A stretch of DNA of 64,000 nt from a virus: IMG/VR virus record IMGVR_UViG_3300022602_002157, positions 1 to 64,000 of that record; one strand, given 5' to 3'. Shown here in pieces: positions 54,379 through 63,690 of this stretch. Numbering within the stretch: the first letter of the stretch is position 1; every line of letters begins with the position of its first letter. The notes beneath the pieces were generated by a model. That model was not told where the DNA came from. It worked only from the letters and a program-made list of their open reading frames with translations, and made no database searches. Made by a program: the position numbers and the translations under genes.

Positions 54379-54966
54379 ATGCAAGCAAAAGAATTTATAA
54401 CCGAGTCAGCAGCCAGTGAACTAGCGCAACGTTTGCCTGGTTTGCGTAAGCATAACTATGATACCATTGATGCATTAATGCGTCAAGTATCACAGAAGCA
54501 TAAAATGACTACCAAAGCCTTGCATGATTTATTTGTTAGAAAATACAAGAAAACTCCTGATCTTTGGATCAAGCATAAACTAGATGAAAAGAATATTACT
54601 GAAAGCAAAGATTTAGATATTGAGCAGGAAGTAAAAAGATTTGTTGCTTGGGCCGCTGATAGATTGCATTTAAAACGTGTTCCAAAAATTGAATTAAGTC
54701 ACGATACCAAAGACGCACAGGATAACCATCACACTGGAGCACATGTGCAAGGTGAAGACACAATTTGGGTATACGCCAAAAATCGCAACTTAGTTGACAT
54801 ATTAAGAACTGTATTCCACGAATTGGTTCATGTTAGACAAGACGAAATTGGTATGCTAAAGCCAGGTGATAGTTACCCGGGTAGCCCAGTTGAAGCCATG
54901 GCAGATATGATTGCGGGCAAATTCATTAAGATTTATGGTGAAAAGCACCATCACATTTTCCAATAA
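54379..54966 (+). CDS. Probable internal head protein with HExxH zinc-metallopeptidase-like domain
   Basis: MQAKEFITES N-terminus; ILRTVFHELVHVRQ...EAMAD. Confidence 0.65.
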   Translation: MQAKEFITESAASELAQRLPGLRKHNYDTIDALMRQVSQKHKMTTKALHDLFVRKYKKTPDLWIKHKLDEKNITESKDLDIEQEVKRFVAWAADRLHLKRVPKIELSHDTKDAQDNHHTGAHVQGEDTIWVYAKNRNLVDILRTVFHELVHVRQDEIGMLKPGDSYPGSPVEAMADMIAGKFIKIYGEKHHHIFQ

Positions 54967-54982
54967 ACGGTACACAAAGTAG

Positions 54983-55010
54983 TTGACTTATCTACGCATT
55001 CTGTTATAAT
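54983..55010 (+). promoter_or_regulatory. Sigma70-type promoter
   Basis: TTGACT-16 nt-TATAAT with TG. Confidence 0.65.
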
Positions 55011-55032
55011 AACTATATTATAAGGAGTAACA

Positions 55033-55293
55033 ATGTCGGATAGAACTTTTAACGCAGAAGCAAAAATTAAACTTACCCAACTTATCAACGAAGGTATGCA
55101 AGTTATGCATGAAGTTGAAACACTAAACGAGGGTTTGGCTGATACAGTCAAGGCAATTGCAGAAGAATTGGAAATCAAGCCCAGTATTCTTAAGAAAGCA
55201 ATTCGTGTTGCACACAAGGCCCGTCTCGGTGAGACAAACAAAGAGAATGAAGAACTTAATACTATTCTCGAAACCGTAGGTAAAACACTTTAA
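55033..55293 (+). CDS. Small dsDNA-binding protein (T4 DsbA/GapR-like)
   Basis: Helical; IAEELEIKPSILKKAIRVAHK; AAGGAG RBS. Confidence 0.6.
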   Translation: MSDRTFNAEAKIKLTQLINEGMQVMHEVETLNEGLADTVKAIAEELEIKPSILKKAIRVAHKARLGETNKENEELNTILETVGKTL

Positions 55294-55296
55294 TAC

Positions 55297-55908
55297 ATGC
55301 CAAGATTGGTAACATTTGGCTGTAGTTTTACCAGAGGTTGGGATTTACACGATACTCATCCTAGCAATCATACTCCTAGTAAGTTTGCATGGCCCAATGT
55401 GTTGGCTAAAAAATTAGGCTATAGTGTAGACAATCAAGCAGAGGGTGGCGCCGGTAACAGAGAAATCTTTAATAATATATTAAACTATGATTTTAAATCA
55501 GACGATTTATGTATCATAGGCTGGTCACTATTTGTAAGACTAGATGGGTTTAAATATATATCACCTACCGAGACTAAAAGAATTTCAGTAAAAGAATTTG
55601 ATAAAAACTTGGCTTTTCAAAATGCTGATTATGATTATGATCTTAGTATGAAAAACTATTTGGTTATGCAACATACTAATTTTTTACTGGATCGTAGAAA
55701 CATCAAGTCTTTTAGCATTCTTTGGTCACATGATTTACATTTAAATCCAAAGCCTGATCATATTGAAATTCCCAATTTCATTGATACTGTTAGGCCTTTT
55801 AATTGTGTTTTGGATAAAGCAATTGACAATCAACACCCAGGTATACGCAGTCACAACTTGCTTGCCGACAAAATTTATGATAAAATAAAAGAATATGTCT
55901 TACATTGA
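55297..55908 (+). CDS. SGNH/GDSL-hydrolase-like protein
   Basis: FGCSFT, NQAEGGAGN, DNQHPG. Confidence 0.6.
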   Translation: MPRLVTFGCSFTRGWDLHDTHPSNHTPSKFAWPNVLAKKLGYSVDNQAEGGAGNREIFNNILNYDFKSDDLCIIGWSLFVRLDGFKYISPTETKRISVKEFDKNLAFQNADYDYDLSMKNYLVMQHTNFLLDRRNIKSFSILWSHDLHLNPKPDHIEIPNFIDTVRPFNCVLDKAIDNQHPGIRSHNLLADKIYDKIKEYVLH

Positions 55909-58609
55909 TGCTATCCACGACAATAACGCTGACCGCATTTATGTGGTAGAGCGTAACCCACAGGGTAAACGTGAATATAAAGAATATTCTACTAACTATG
56001 TTCTTTATTATACTGACCCTAAGGGCAAGTATCGTTCACTCTATGGAGACCCTGTAAGCAGATTTAGTACACGTAAGCGTAGTGAATTTGAAAAAGAAAA
56101 GCGTATCCATAGCAGTAAAAAACTATTTGAAAGCGATATCAACGTAGTGTTTCGTTGCCTAAGCGAGAACTATCTTAAAGTTGATGCACCTAAACTACAC
56201 ACATGTTTCTTTGACATTGAAGTAGACTTTGATCCTGAACGTGGTTTTAGTCCCACTAGTGATCCATTCAATCCTGTTACTGCAATCAGTATGTATTTGG
56301 ATTGGTTAGATCAACTAGTAACACTAGTAATTGCTCCGCGACACATGAGCAATGAAACTGCCGCACAGATTACCAGTGAGTTTGAAAACTGTATTCTGTT
56401 TACTAGTGAAGTAGAAATGTTTGAAATATTCTTTCAACTAATTGAAGATGCAGATGTATTAACTGGTTGGAACTCTGAAGGGTACGATATTCCCTACATG
56501 GTAAATCGTGTTACACGTGTGATGAGCAAGGACGACACACGTAAGTTTTGTTTAATGGGGCAATTGCCTAAAGCAAGAACATATGAACGTTTTGGTAAAG
56601 AAGAAACAACTTACGACTTAGTTGGTCGTATTCATATGGACTATTTGCAGTTGTACAAGAAGTATAACTATGAAAGTCGCCACAGTTATAAACTAGACTT
56701 CATTGGTGAAATGGAAGTTGGTGAAAACAAAACTCAGTATGAAGGTACACTTGATCAATTGTATAACAAAGACTTTAAAAAGTTTATTGAATACAATCGT
56801 CAGGATACTATGTTGTTGGTGAAGATTCACAACAAACTTAAGTTTTTAGAATTGGCAAATCAACTAGCACATGAAAATACTGTGCTGTTGCCAACAGTCA
56901 TGGGTAGTGTTGCAATGATTGAAATGGCAATCATGAACGAAGCCCATGAAAGGGGATTGGTTGTCCCAGATAAAAAACGAAAGGATATTCATGCAGAAGA
57001 AAGTCAGCAGGCAGCAGGTGCCTTTGTTGCTACTCCCAAAAGGGGAATCCACGAATGGGTGGGCGCAGTGGATATTAACTCACTCTATCCCTCGGCAATT
57101 AGATCACTCAACATGGCGCCAGAAACCATCGTTGCTCAGGTCAGACAAACCCTCACAGAACAGTACATGAAAGAAAAAGGCTTACGCCTTGCAATGGAAA
57201 AGAAACGTCACAAAGATGGCGATGACGCAGTTACTGGAAGTATTCTCTGGGAAGGTTTGTTTGGTTGTTTAGAGTATACTGCCATTATGGCACAAGAGCG
57301 TGGTACAATTCTTACACTAGATTATGAAGATGGTCGTAGTGTTGAGATGAGTGCCGCAGAGATATGGAAATTGGTTTTTGATAGTCATAATCCATATATC
57401 ATCAGCGCAAACGGTACTATCTATACGTATGAGAAAGAGGGTGTGATTCCTGGTCTGCTTACACGTTGGTATAATGATCGTAAGGTAATGCAGAAGAAAC
57501 TTAAAGAGGCAACCACTACTGAAGAACGTGAGTATTGGGATAAGCGACAACTGGTTCGCAAAATTTTGCTTAACTCTGCATATGGCGCATTGTTGAATGA
57601 ACATTGCCGTTTCTATGACAAGCGTATTGGTCAAAGCGTAACACTTAGTGGTCGTCAGATTGTTAAACATATGATGAGCCAAATCAATGAGATTGTCACT
57701 GGTCAATATACACACGAAGGTGATGCTATTGTGTATGGTGATACTGATAGTTGTTATTTCAGTGCCTATGAATCGTTGAAAGATCAAATTGAAAAAGGTG
57801 AGTTAAGTTGGAATAAAGAGTTGTGCATTAGTTTATATGACAATATTGCTGATGAAACCAATTCAACTTTCCCAGCATTCATGGAACGTGCATTTCATGC
57901 GCCACGTAAGAACGGTGAGATCATCAAAGCAGGTCGTGAATTGATTGGTGATCGTAGTCTGTTCATCACTAAGAAACGCTATGCTATTAATATCTTTGAT
58001 AAAGAAGGCGAGCGTAAAGATGTCAATGGTAAGTTGGGTGATATCAAGGCTATGGGTCTTGACTTGAAACGTGCTGATACGCCCAAGTATGTTCAAACGT
58101 TTTTAATGGAAGTACTTGAAATGGTGCTTGGTGGTAAGGGTCGTGAAGACGTTATTGAACATATCAAAAACTTTAAGGTAGAATTGAGTAAGCAAGACAG
58201 TTGGACTAAAGGCTCGCCCAAATCAGTGAATAAACTCACTATGTATGGAGAACTAGAAGCCAACAGTAAAACTGGTCGTGCAAATATGCCAGGTCACGTT
58301 CGTGGTGCATTGAATTACAACTATCTACGTAAAGTTAACAACGACAACTACAGCATGAAGATTGTTGATGGTATGAAGGTTATTGTGTGTAAACTCAAAA
58401 CTAATCCATTGAACTTCACAAGTATTGCGTATCCAACTGACGAACTAAGACTACCTCAATGGTTCTGTGAATTGCCATTTGATGACAAGGCTATGGAACA
58501 AACATTGGTAGACGAAAAGATTGACAACTTGTTAAGCGTATTAGGTTGGGACTTGCGTAGCAATACTGACACTAACAGTACGTTTGACAGTTTGTTTAGT
58601 TTCGGTTAA
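55895..58609 (+). CDS. Family B DNA polymerase
   Basis: FFDIE, GWNSEGYD, YNRQD exonuclease motifs; DINSLYPS, KILLNSAYG, YGDTDS, KKRY. Confidence 0.97.
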   Translation: MSYIDAIHDNNADRIYVVERNPQGKREYKEYSTNYVLYYTDPKGKYRSLYGDPVSRFSTRKRSEFEKEKRIHSSKKLFESDINVVFRCLSENYLKVDAPKLHTCFFDIEVDFDPERGFSPTSDPFNPVTAISMYLDWLDQLVTLVIAPRHMSNETAAQITSEFENCILFTSEVEMFEIFFQLIEDADVLTGWNSEGYDIPYMVNRVTRVMSKDDTRKFCLMGQLPKARTYERFGKEETTYDLVGRIHMDYLQLYKKYNYESRHSYKLDFIGEMEVGENKTQYEGTLDQLYNKDFKKFIEYNRQDTMLLVKIHNKLKFLELANQLAHENTVLLPTVMGSVAMIEMAIMNEAHERGLVVPDKKRKDIHAEESQQAAGAFVATPKRGIHEWVGAVDINSLYPSAIRSLNMAPETIVAQVRQTLTEQYMKEKGLRLAMEKKRHKDGDDAVTGSILWEGLFGCLEYTAIMAQERGTILTLDYEDGRSVEMSAAEIWKLVFDSHNPYIISANGTIYTYEKEGVIPGLLTRWYNDRKVMQKKLKEATTTEEREYWDKRQLVRKILLNSAYGALLNEHCRFYDKRIGQSVTLSGRQIVKHMMSQINEIVTGQYTHEGDAIVYGDTDSCYFSAYESLKDQIEKGELSWNKELCISLYDNIADETNSTFPAFMERAFHAPRKNGEIIKAGRELIGDRSLFITKKRYAINIFDKEGERKDVNGKLGDIKAMGLDLKRADTPKYVQTFLMEVLEMVLGGKGREDVIEHIKNFKVELSKQDSWTKGSPKSVNKLTMYGELEANSKTGRANMPGHVRGALNYNYLRKVNNDNYSMKIVDGMKVIVCKLKTNPLNFTSIAYPTDELRLPQWFCELPFDDKAMEQTLVDEKIDNLLSVLGWDLRSNTDTNSTFDSLFSFG

Positions 58610-58617
58610 ACTCGCTA

Positions 58618-58646
58618 TTGACATTCGCAATAAAATCCACTATTAT
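58618..58646 (+). promoter_or_regulatory. Sigma70-type promoter
   Basis: TTGACA-17 nt-TATTAT. Confidence 0.6.
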
Positions 58647-58688
58647 ACATGATAGAACTGCCTAAATATTACTTACAAAGGAAAAAAT

Positions 58689-59420
58689 ATGAAAGACAAT
58701 TTACTTGATTTAATTCAACATACACATGGTCTAGGTGTTATCGATCTTATTAAGGTCGTTGGTACTGATACCGAAACTAATATCTCTGCTGTTGCAGAAG
58801 ATAAGTCAGTTGTTGTAAACGCTAAGTTTAAAAATCCAATCGCTGATTTCATTGGCACGTTTGGTATGCCGCAACTATCAAAGTTAAAGACTATTGTTAG
58901 TTTTGATGACTATGATGATACTTCAATCATCAATGTCACACGTGTTAACAAAGACGGAGCAGACGTTCCCAGCGCAATTCACTTTGAAACTAAGACTGGA
59001 GACTTTGTTAACGATTATCGACTAATGGCTAAGGGCATGGTCGAAGATAAGGTTAAGGCAGTTACATTCCGTGGTGCTACATGGAACGTTGAGTTTGAAC
59101 CAACTGTTGCTGGTATCATGCGTTTGAAGAAACAGGCTAGTGCTAACAGCGATGAGCCTAATTTTACAACTAAGACTGAAAATGGCGATCTAAAGATTTA
59201 TTTTGGTGATCCTTCAACTCACAGTGGTAACTTTGTATTTCAGCCAGATGTTACTGGCACATTAAGCCGTCAATGGCAGTGGCCCGTAAAGGTCTTCTTG
59301 GCAATCATGGACTTGCCTGGTGACAAGACTGTACGTATTGCTGATGCAGGTGCCGCAGAAATCACAGTTGACAGTGGCATTGCAGTTTATCAATACCTAT
59401 TACCTGCACAAAGTAAATGA
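58689..59420 (+). CDS. Probable DNA polymerase sliding clamp
   Basis: 243 aa, two-domain alpha/beta pattern, directly after polB, clamp loader in window; fold inferred. Confidence 0.55.
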   Translation: MKDNLLDLIQHTHGLGVIDLIKVVGTDTETNISAVAEDKSVVVNAKFKNPIADFIGTFGMPQLSKLKTIVSFDDYDDTSIINVTRVNKDGADVPSAIHFETKTGDFVNDYRLMAKGMVEDKVKAVTFRGATWNVEFEPTVAGIMRLKKQASANSDEPNFTTKTENGDLKIYFGDPSTHSGNFVFQPDVTGTLSRQWQWPVKVFLAIMDLPGDKTVRIADAGAAEITVDSGIAVYQYLLPAQSK

Positions 59421-60082
59421 TAATAACTTATCCTACCCAATATGGTGGTTTTGAATCTGACGACCACAATCTAGTTTATTTCCCAATAAACAAAAATGCA
59501 CATACTTGGGCAGAGAAATTCTTTGAAAAGAATTTCAATATGGATAAGAAAATTATAAAAACAACCGAGAACTCTGAGAGTATACTAAAAGATAAAATTT
59601 CTATAGTAATTCTCAGAGACCCTCTGTTACGTTGGTTATCTGGTATTACTCAATATCTTATTGATAGCCCTACACTTGAACTATTAGACAATAGTTTGTT
59701 TCAACAAGCAATAAAAGATGCATTGTGTTTTGACAATCACACTGGATTACAAATAGTTAATTTATTGGGCATTGATACTGACAAAACAATATTTTTTAAT
59801 TGTGATAAACACTTAGAAGATAATATGTATGAGTTTAGCAGATTATGGTTTGGAAAAATATCTGTTAGTGTAGGTCAACATCAAGTATTGACACAGAACC
59901 CTGTTAAAGTTATAATCTACAATAAGATCAAAGACATTGTTAAGAACGATAGTTTGTTAATTAAAAGAATTAGAGATTTCTATGCCCCTGATTATAAAAT
60001 CTTTTCAGAGGTTAAATTTTTTAATCAACAGAATATTTCATTCTATAAAAATTTAAAGGAAGTTTATGCTAAGGGGAATTAA
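59417..60082 (+). CDS. Sulfotransferase family 2-like protein
   Basis: YFPINKNAHT, ILRDPLLRWLSG, DNHT, FYAPDY. Confidence 0.65.
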   Translation: MIITYPTQYGGFESDDHNLVYFPINKNAHTWAEKFFEKNFNMDKKIIKTTENSESILKDKISIVILRDPLLRWLSGITQYLIDSPTLELLDNSLFQQAIKDALCFDNHTGLQIVNLLGIDTDKTIFFNCDKHLEDNMYEFSRLWFGKISVSVGQHQVLTQNPVKVIIYNKIKDIVKNDSLLIKRIRDFYAPDYKIFSEVKFFNQQNISFYKNLKEVYAKGN

Positions 60083-60434
60083 TAGTCGTAGTAAGTATTT
60101 ACAAGTTAACAGCGGTACGTCTAGTACCTATGTCAATAATTATGGCGGCAGTGTTGGAGTAGGCAATATGCGCTATAATACAAGTACACAAACTATGGAA
60201 GTGTATGATGGTACAACTTGGATTATGTTGAATATGAGTTATGCAGATGTTAACTTATCCGGTGAAGCAGAAAGTTTGCTTGACTGGGTGCAGAAAAAGC
60301 GTGATGAAGAGTTTAGGCGTCAAGCACTAGCAGAAAGTAATCCTGCTATCAAAGACTTAGTAGAACAGATTAAAGAAAAAGAAGATCAAATCAAAATGAT
60401 ACAAACATTAATTAAAAAAGAGGTAACTGCTTGA
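60066..60434 (+). CDS. Hypothetical protein
   Basis: GNMRYN...EVYDG.TW and C-terminal coiled coil. Confidence 0.6.
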   Translation: MLRGINSRSKYLQVNSGTSSTYVNNYGGSVGVGNMRYNTSTQTMEVYDGTTWIMLNMSYADVNLSGEAESLLDWVQKKRDEEFRRQALAESNPAIKDLVEQIKEKEDQIKMIQTLIKKEVTA

Positions 60435-61978
60435 ATCAAATAGACTTATCAGCACAGCACAAACCGGACTGGGCATTATTCTTACCCGCAGTCAGTAGTT
60501 TCTTTATTACTGGCTTGGGTAAACAACGTGAAGGTGAAAATTATTTTGACCAAACACGTATTCCTGCAGGCTTCAATGGTGATGTTGAATGCTTGAACTT
60601 TTTGAATAGCAAGCAAGGTCTATACACTTATAAGTGGGGTTTGTATAGTGCAGGTCATGCCAACTTAGATACAACTGTTGATGACCATGCTGAAAGTATT
60701 ATTCGTAAACGTGAAAGTGGTACTTTCATGTTGGGTGATAGTGGTGGTTTTCAGATTCTTAAGTGTCAATGGCCTGCTGATTGGAAGGATCCCAACTGCC
60801 CACGTGCTATGAAAAAGCGTCAGCAAGTATTGAAGTGGATGGACACATACATGGACTATGGTATGTGTTTAGATATCCCTTCACAATCATTAAGCACGTT
60901 TCATATCAAGGATCCAAAGACTGGTAAAAGTGCGCATGGTATCAGTACAATTGAGGAAGCGATTACTGCTACACATATTAACAACGAATACTTTATTAAG
61001 AATCGTACAGGTGAATGTAAGTTCTTAAATGTTCTTCAAGGTCGCAATCACAGTCAAAGTGATAGTTGGTATGAAGAAATGAAAAAGTATTGTGACCCAA
61101 ACATCTATCCCGACAATCATTTCAATGGTTGGGCATTTGGGGGTCAGAACAAGATTGACGTTGAATTGATGTTGAATCGACTTGTTGGCATTATCCACGA
61201 TGGTTTGTTACAAGAAGGTAAGCATGACTTGATTCACTGTTTGGGTGTAAGCATTATGGAATATGCTGTATTGTTTACAGATATTCAACGTGCTATTCGA
61301 AAGTATCACAATCCAAAACTACAAATTACTTTTGACTGCGCAAGCCCATTCTTTAGTGCGGCTAAAGGTCTTGCATACTTTAACAACAGTATTGAGCATG
61401 GCAAGAAATGGTCATACAGTATGGAAAAGACTGCTGAAAACAAAAACTATGCTAATGACAATCGCAAGTTTAGTGATGCAGTATTGGCTGATGGTATTCA
61501 CGATGTGTTTACTGATAGCCCAATTACTGACCGTATGATGGTTAAGGACCTTTGCTATCGTGGTCATGGCTTTATCAACCAGCAAGGTAAAGAAACCAAA
61601 ACTAGTTGGGATACATTAAGTTATACACTATTGCAAGCACATAATGTTTATCAACACATTACTGCTGTGCAGGAAGCCAATCGTAAATATGAAACGGGTA
61701 TTATGCCCAAGATGGTTATGAGCAAGTTTGATGATAATCATTTTGGTAGTATCATTGAAGAAATCTTTAGCCTAAACGATAGAAAAAAGAGTTTGGATTT
61801 GATTAAGCAACACTCAAGTCTTTGGACACAAATGCAAAGTGGTAGTCAAGGATTTAGTGGTAAGCGTACTGTTAATGCAATGACCATGTTTGATCAACTG
61901 TTTGCCGTTGAACAAGAACCTGAACAGGATGAAGTCATTGAAGATGCAGACGATGAAATGGCTAATCTCATTGAATAA
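60431..61978 (+). CDS. tRNA-guanine transglycosylase-like protein (DpdA-like 7-deazaguanine DNA insertase)
   Basis: LGDSGGFQ, MCLDIP, NVLQG, GWAFGG, IHCLG, TFDCAS; TTG start after GAGG; near a QueD-like gene. Confidence 0.75.
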   Translation: MNQIDLSAQHKPDWALFLPAVSSFFITGLGKQREGENYFDQTRIPAGFNGDVECLNFLNSKQGLYTYKWGLYSAGHANLDTTVDDHAESIIRKRESGTFMLGDSGGFQILKCQWPADWKDPNCPRAMKKRQQVLKWMDTYMDYGMCLDIPSQSLSTFHIKDPKTGKSAHGISTIEEAITATHINNEYFIKNRTGECKFLNVLQGRNHSQSDSWYEEMKKYCDPNIYPDNHFNGWAFGGQNKIDVELMLNRLVGIIHDGLLQEGKHDLIHCLGVSIMEYAVLFTDIQRAIRKYHNPKLQITFDCASPFFSAAKGLAYFNNSIEHGKKWSYSMEKTAENKNYANDNRKFSDAVLADGIHDVFTDSPITDRMMVKDLCYRGHGFINQQGKETKTSWDTLSYTLLQAHNVYQHITAVQEANRKYETGIMPKMVMSKFDDNHFGSIIEEIFSLNDRKKSLDLIKQHSSLWTQMQSGSQGFSGKRTVNAMTMFDQLFAVEQEPEQDEVIEDADDEMANLIE

Positions 61979-61993
61979 TGTTAGCCATAACTG

Positions 61994-62021
61994 TTGCATT
62001 ATACACAAAACAATGTATAAT
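61994..62021 (+). promoter_or_regulatory. Sigma70-type promoter
   Basis: TTGCAT-16 nt-TATAAT. Confidence 0.5.
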
Positions 62022-62044
62022 AGTTAAAGACTCTGGAGACAGAT

Positions 62045-62227
62045 ATGTACAAAGAACGAATCAGTAAATTACAAGATATGTTTGAAGATTTAACCAAACG
62101 TTCGAACGAAGGTAGCGACTTAGCCAATGCTGAACGTGCAAAGGTCTATGAGGAATTAGTTAGACTTAGACGTTTGCAATGGGAACACGATCATGACACG
62201 GTGAATTTTGATGAACACGATTACTAA
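62045..62227 (+). CDS. Hypothetical protein
   Basis: GGAG RBS; 60 aa. Confidence 0.6.
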   Translation: MYKERISKLQDMFEDLTKRSNEGSDLANAERAKVYEELVRLRRLQWEHDHDTVNFDEHDY

Positions 62228-62669
62228 TAGAAAACAAACACTTATGGAAACACGTAATAGAATTAAAGAACAGGCTAAACGCATGATCTTTGTTACCTTT
62301 CAGAAAGAAGGTATTCATTGTTATCCGGCAGCCGCATCAGACTCTAATCTGTCAACAGGTGATGAATATGATGTTAGTTTCTTAGCAACTCCACATCGTC
62401 ACATTTTTCACTTTAACGTGGCGATTGAAGTATTTCACAACGATAGGGATATTGAGTTTATTCAATTTAAGAGATGGCTTGAGAATCAATACTCTCAGGG
62501 CATTCTTGAATTGAATTTCAAAAGTTGTGAAATGATTAGTGATGACCTCTATGAAGTTATTGCTAGTCGATATCCCGAACGTAACATTGAAATCACTGTA
62601 AGCGAAGACGGTGAGAACGGTGCTACGATTTATTATTATACTCACAAACCTCAACTTATTAGCATTTAA
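62211..62669 (+). CDS. QueD-like (6-carboxytetrahydropterin synthase, T-fold) protein
   Basis: GIHCY, PHRHIFHF, SCEMI, VSEDGE; start uncertain (62211 or 62244). Confidence 0.65.
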   Translation: MNTITNRKQTLMETRNRIKEQAKRMIFVTFQKEGIHCYPAAASDSNLSTGDEYDVSFLATPHRHIFHFNVAIEVFHNDRDIEFIQFKRWLENQYSQGILELNFKSCEMISDDLYEVIASRYPERNIEITVSEDGENGATIYYYTHKPQLISI

Positions 62670-62680
62670 AGGAAAAATCA

Positions 62681-62893
62681 ATGGCTAAGTATGAACACAA
62701 GTCTAACCCTAAGGTCAATCAAATCTTTAAGGACCTAGAAGCATATCTAGGATTCTGTAAGGATTATGGCTATAGGTTCGATGAAGGTGATCTATATAGC
62801 ACACGTAGTTACGTGTGGCGTCAGTATCAAAAGTTTCTCACAGGAAAGCCCTTTAAGGACATGTGGGAATTAGATATGAAACCACGTGTCTAA
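62681..62893 (+). CDS. Hypothetical protein
   Basis: AAGGA RBS; IFKDLEAYLGFCKDYGYRFDE. Confidence 0.65.
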   Translation: MAKYEHKSNPKVNQIFKDLEAYLGFCKDYGYRFDEGDLYSTRSYVWRQYQKFLTGKPFKDMWELDMKPRV

Positions 62894-62935
62894 ATATTAT
62901 ATGGGTTAGTGCTAACCCATATATAATCATGACGA

Positions 62936-63685
62936 ATGAAACATAGTATATCAGCACCTGCAGGAGCATTTAAAAACCATCTTAGATGGTTGATGCTCCT
63001 GTCTGATTATTACAATAGTGAACTAAAAAATACATGCTTACCTACAAATTTAAATGATAAAATTTCTTTTATCAAAGAAAAAATATACCCTGATACTAGG
63101 GACTGTATTTCTTGGTTAGATTATGAGTGGACATATAAATTAGACTTAGATAAAGTAATGTATATTGACTTTTCTCCTAGAGTGGTTTCAGCACAGGGAA
63201 AAGACGAACCACAACATAAGATTATAACAATGTGGGCCACTCCTTTAGAATGTCTTCTTGGATATGCAAAATTTGAGCCAGGTATATTACAGTTTAAATC
63301 CAAAGAAGAGTTTTTTGTACAAATTACAAAAGAAAACATTTATACAAAAAACTATTTTAAGAATAAATTACCGAACGAAGAAATTTTATTACTACATTCT
63401 TATACCTTATTTAATCCTATATTAAGTAGAGCGTTTTACAATCAAGTTGTAGATTTTTTTGGAGTTGATGATCAATACGAATCTGCCTGCGAAATACATA
63501 ACATATGGTACAATAAACAAATCGATGCAAGAAAACAAGCGTATTATTTAATGAAAGATGCTGTATGGCCCAATTTTGCTTGGCGATTTGATCCAAAAAA
63601 TCTTTTATCTTCACATCCAAGAACTGAAGACGAATTTAATAGAATGAAGAAAATGATTTTAGAAATATATGCAGGAGATATTTAA
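62936..63685 (+). CDS. Hypothetical protein
   Basis: 249-aa AT-rich ORF; N-terminal SAPAGAFKNHLRWL loop. Confidence 0.55.
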   Translation: MKHSISAPAGAFKNHLRWLMLLSDYYNSELKNTCLPTNLNDKISFIKEKIYPDTRDCISWLDYEWTYKLDLDKVMYIDFSPRVVSAQGKDEPQHKIITMWATPLECLLGYAKFEPGILQFKSKEEFFVQITKENIYTKNYFKNKLPNEEILLLHSYTLFNPILSRAFYNQVVDFFGVDDQYESACEIHNIWYNKQIDARKQAYYLMKDAVWPNFAWRFDPKNLLSSHPRTEDEFNRMKKMILEIYAGDI

Positions 63686-63690
63686 TTTTA

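Noticed and set aside
55895-58609. Intein or intron in DNA polymerase
   Set aside because: Continuous ORF of normal size; no intein C/S...HN termini or homing endonuclease motifs seen
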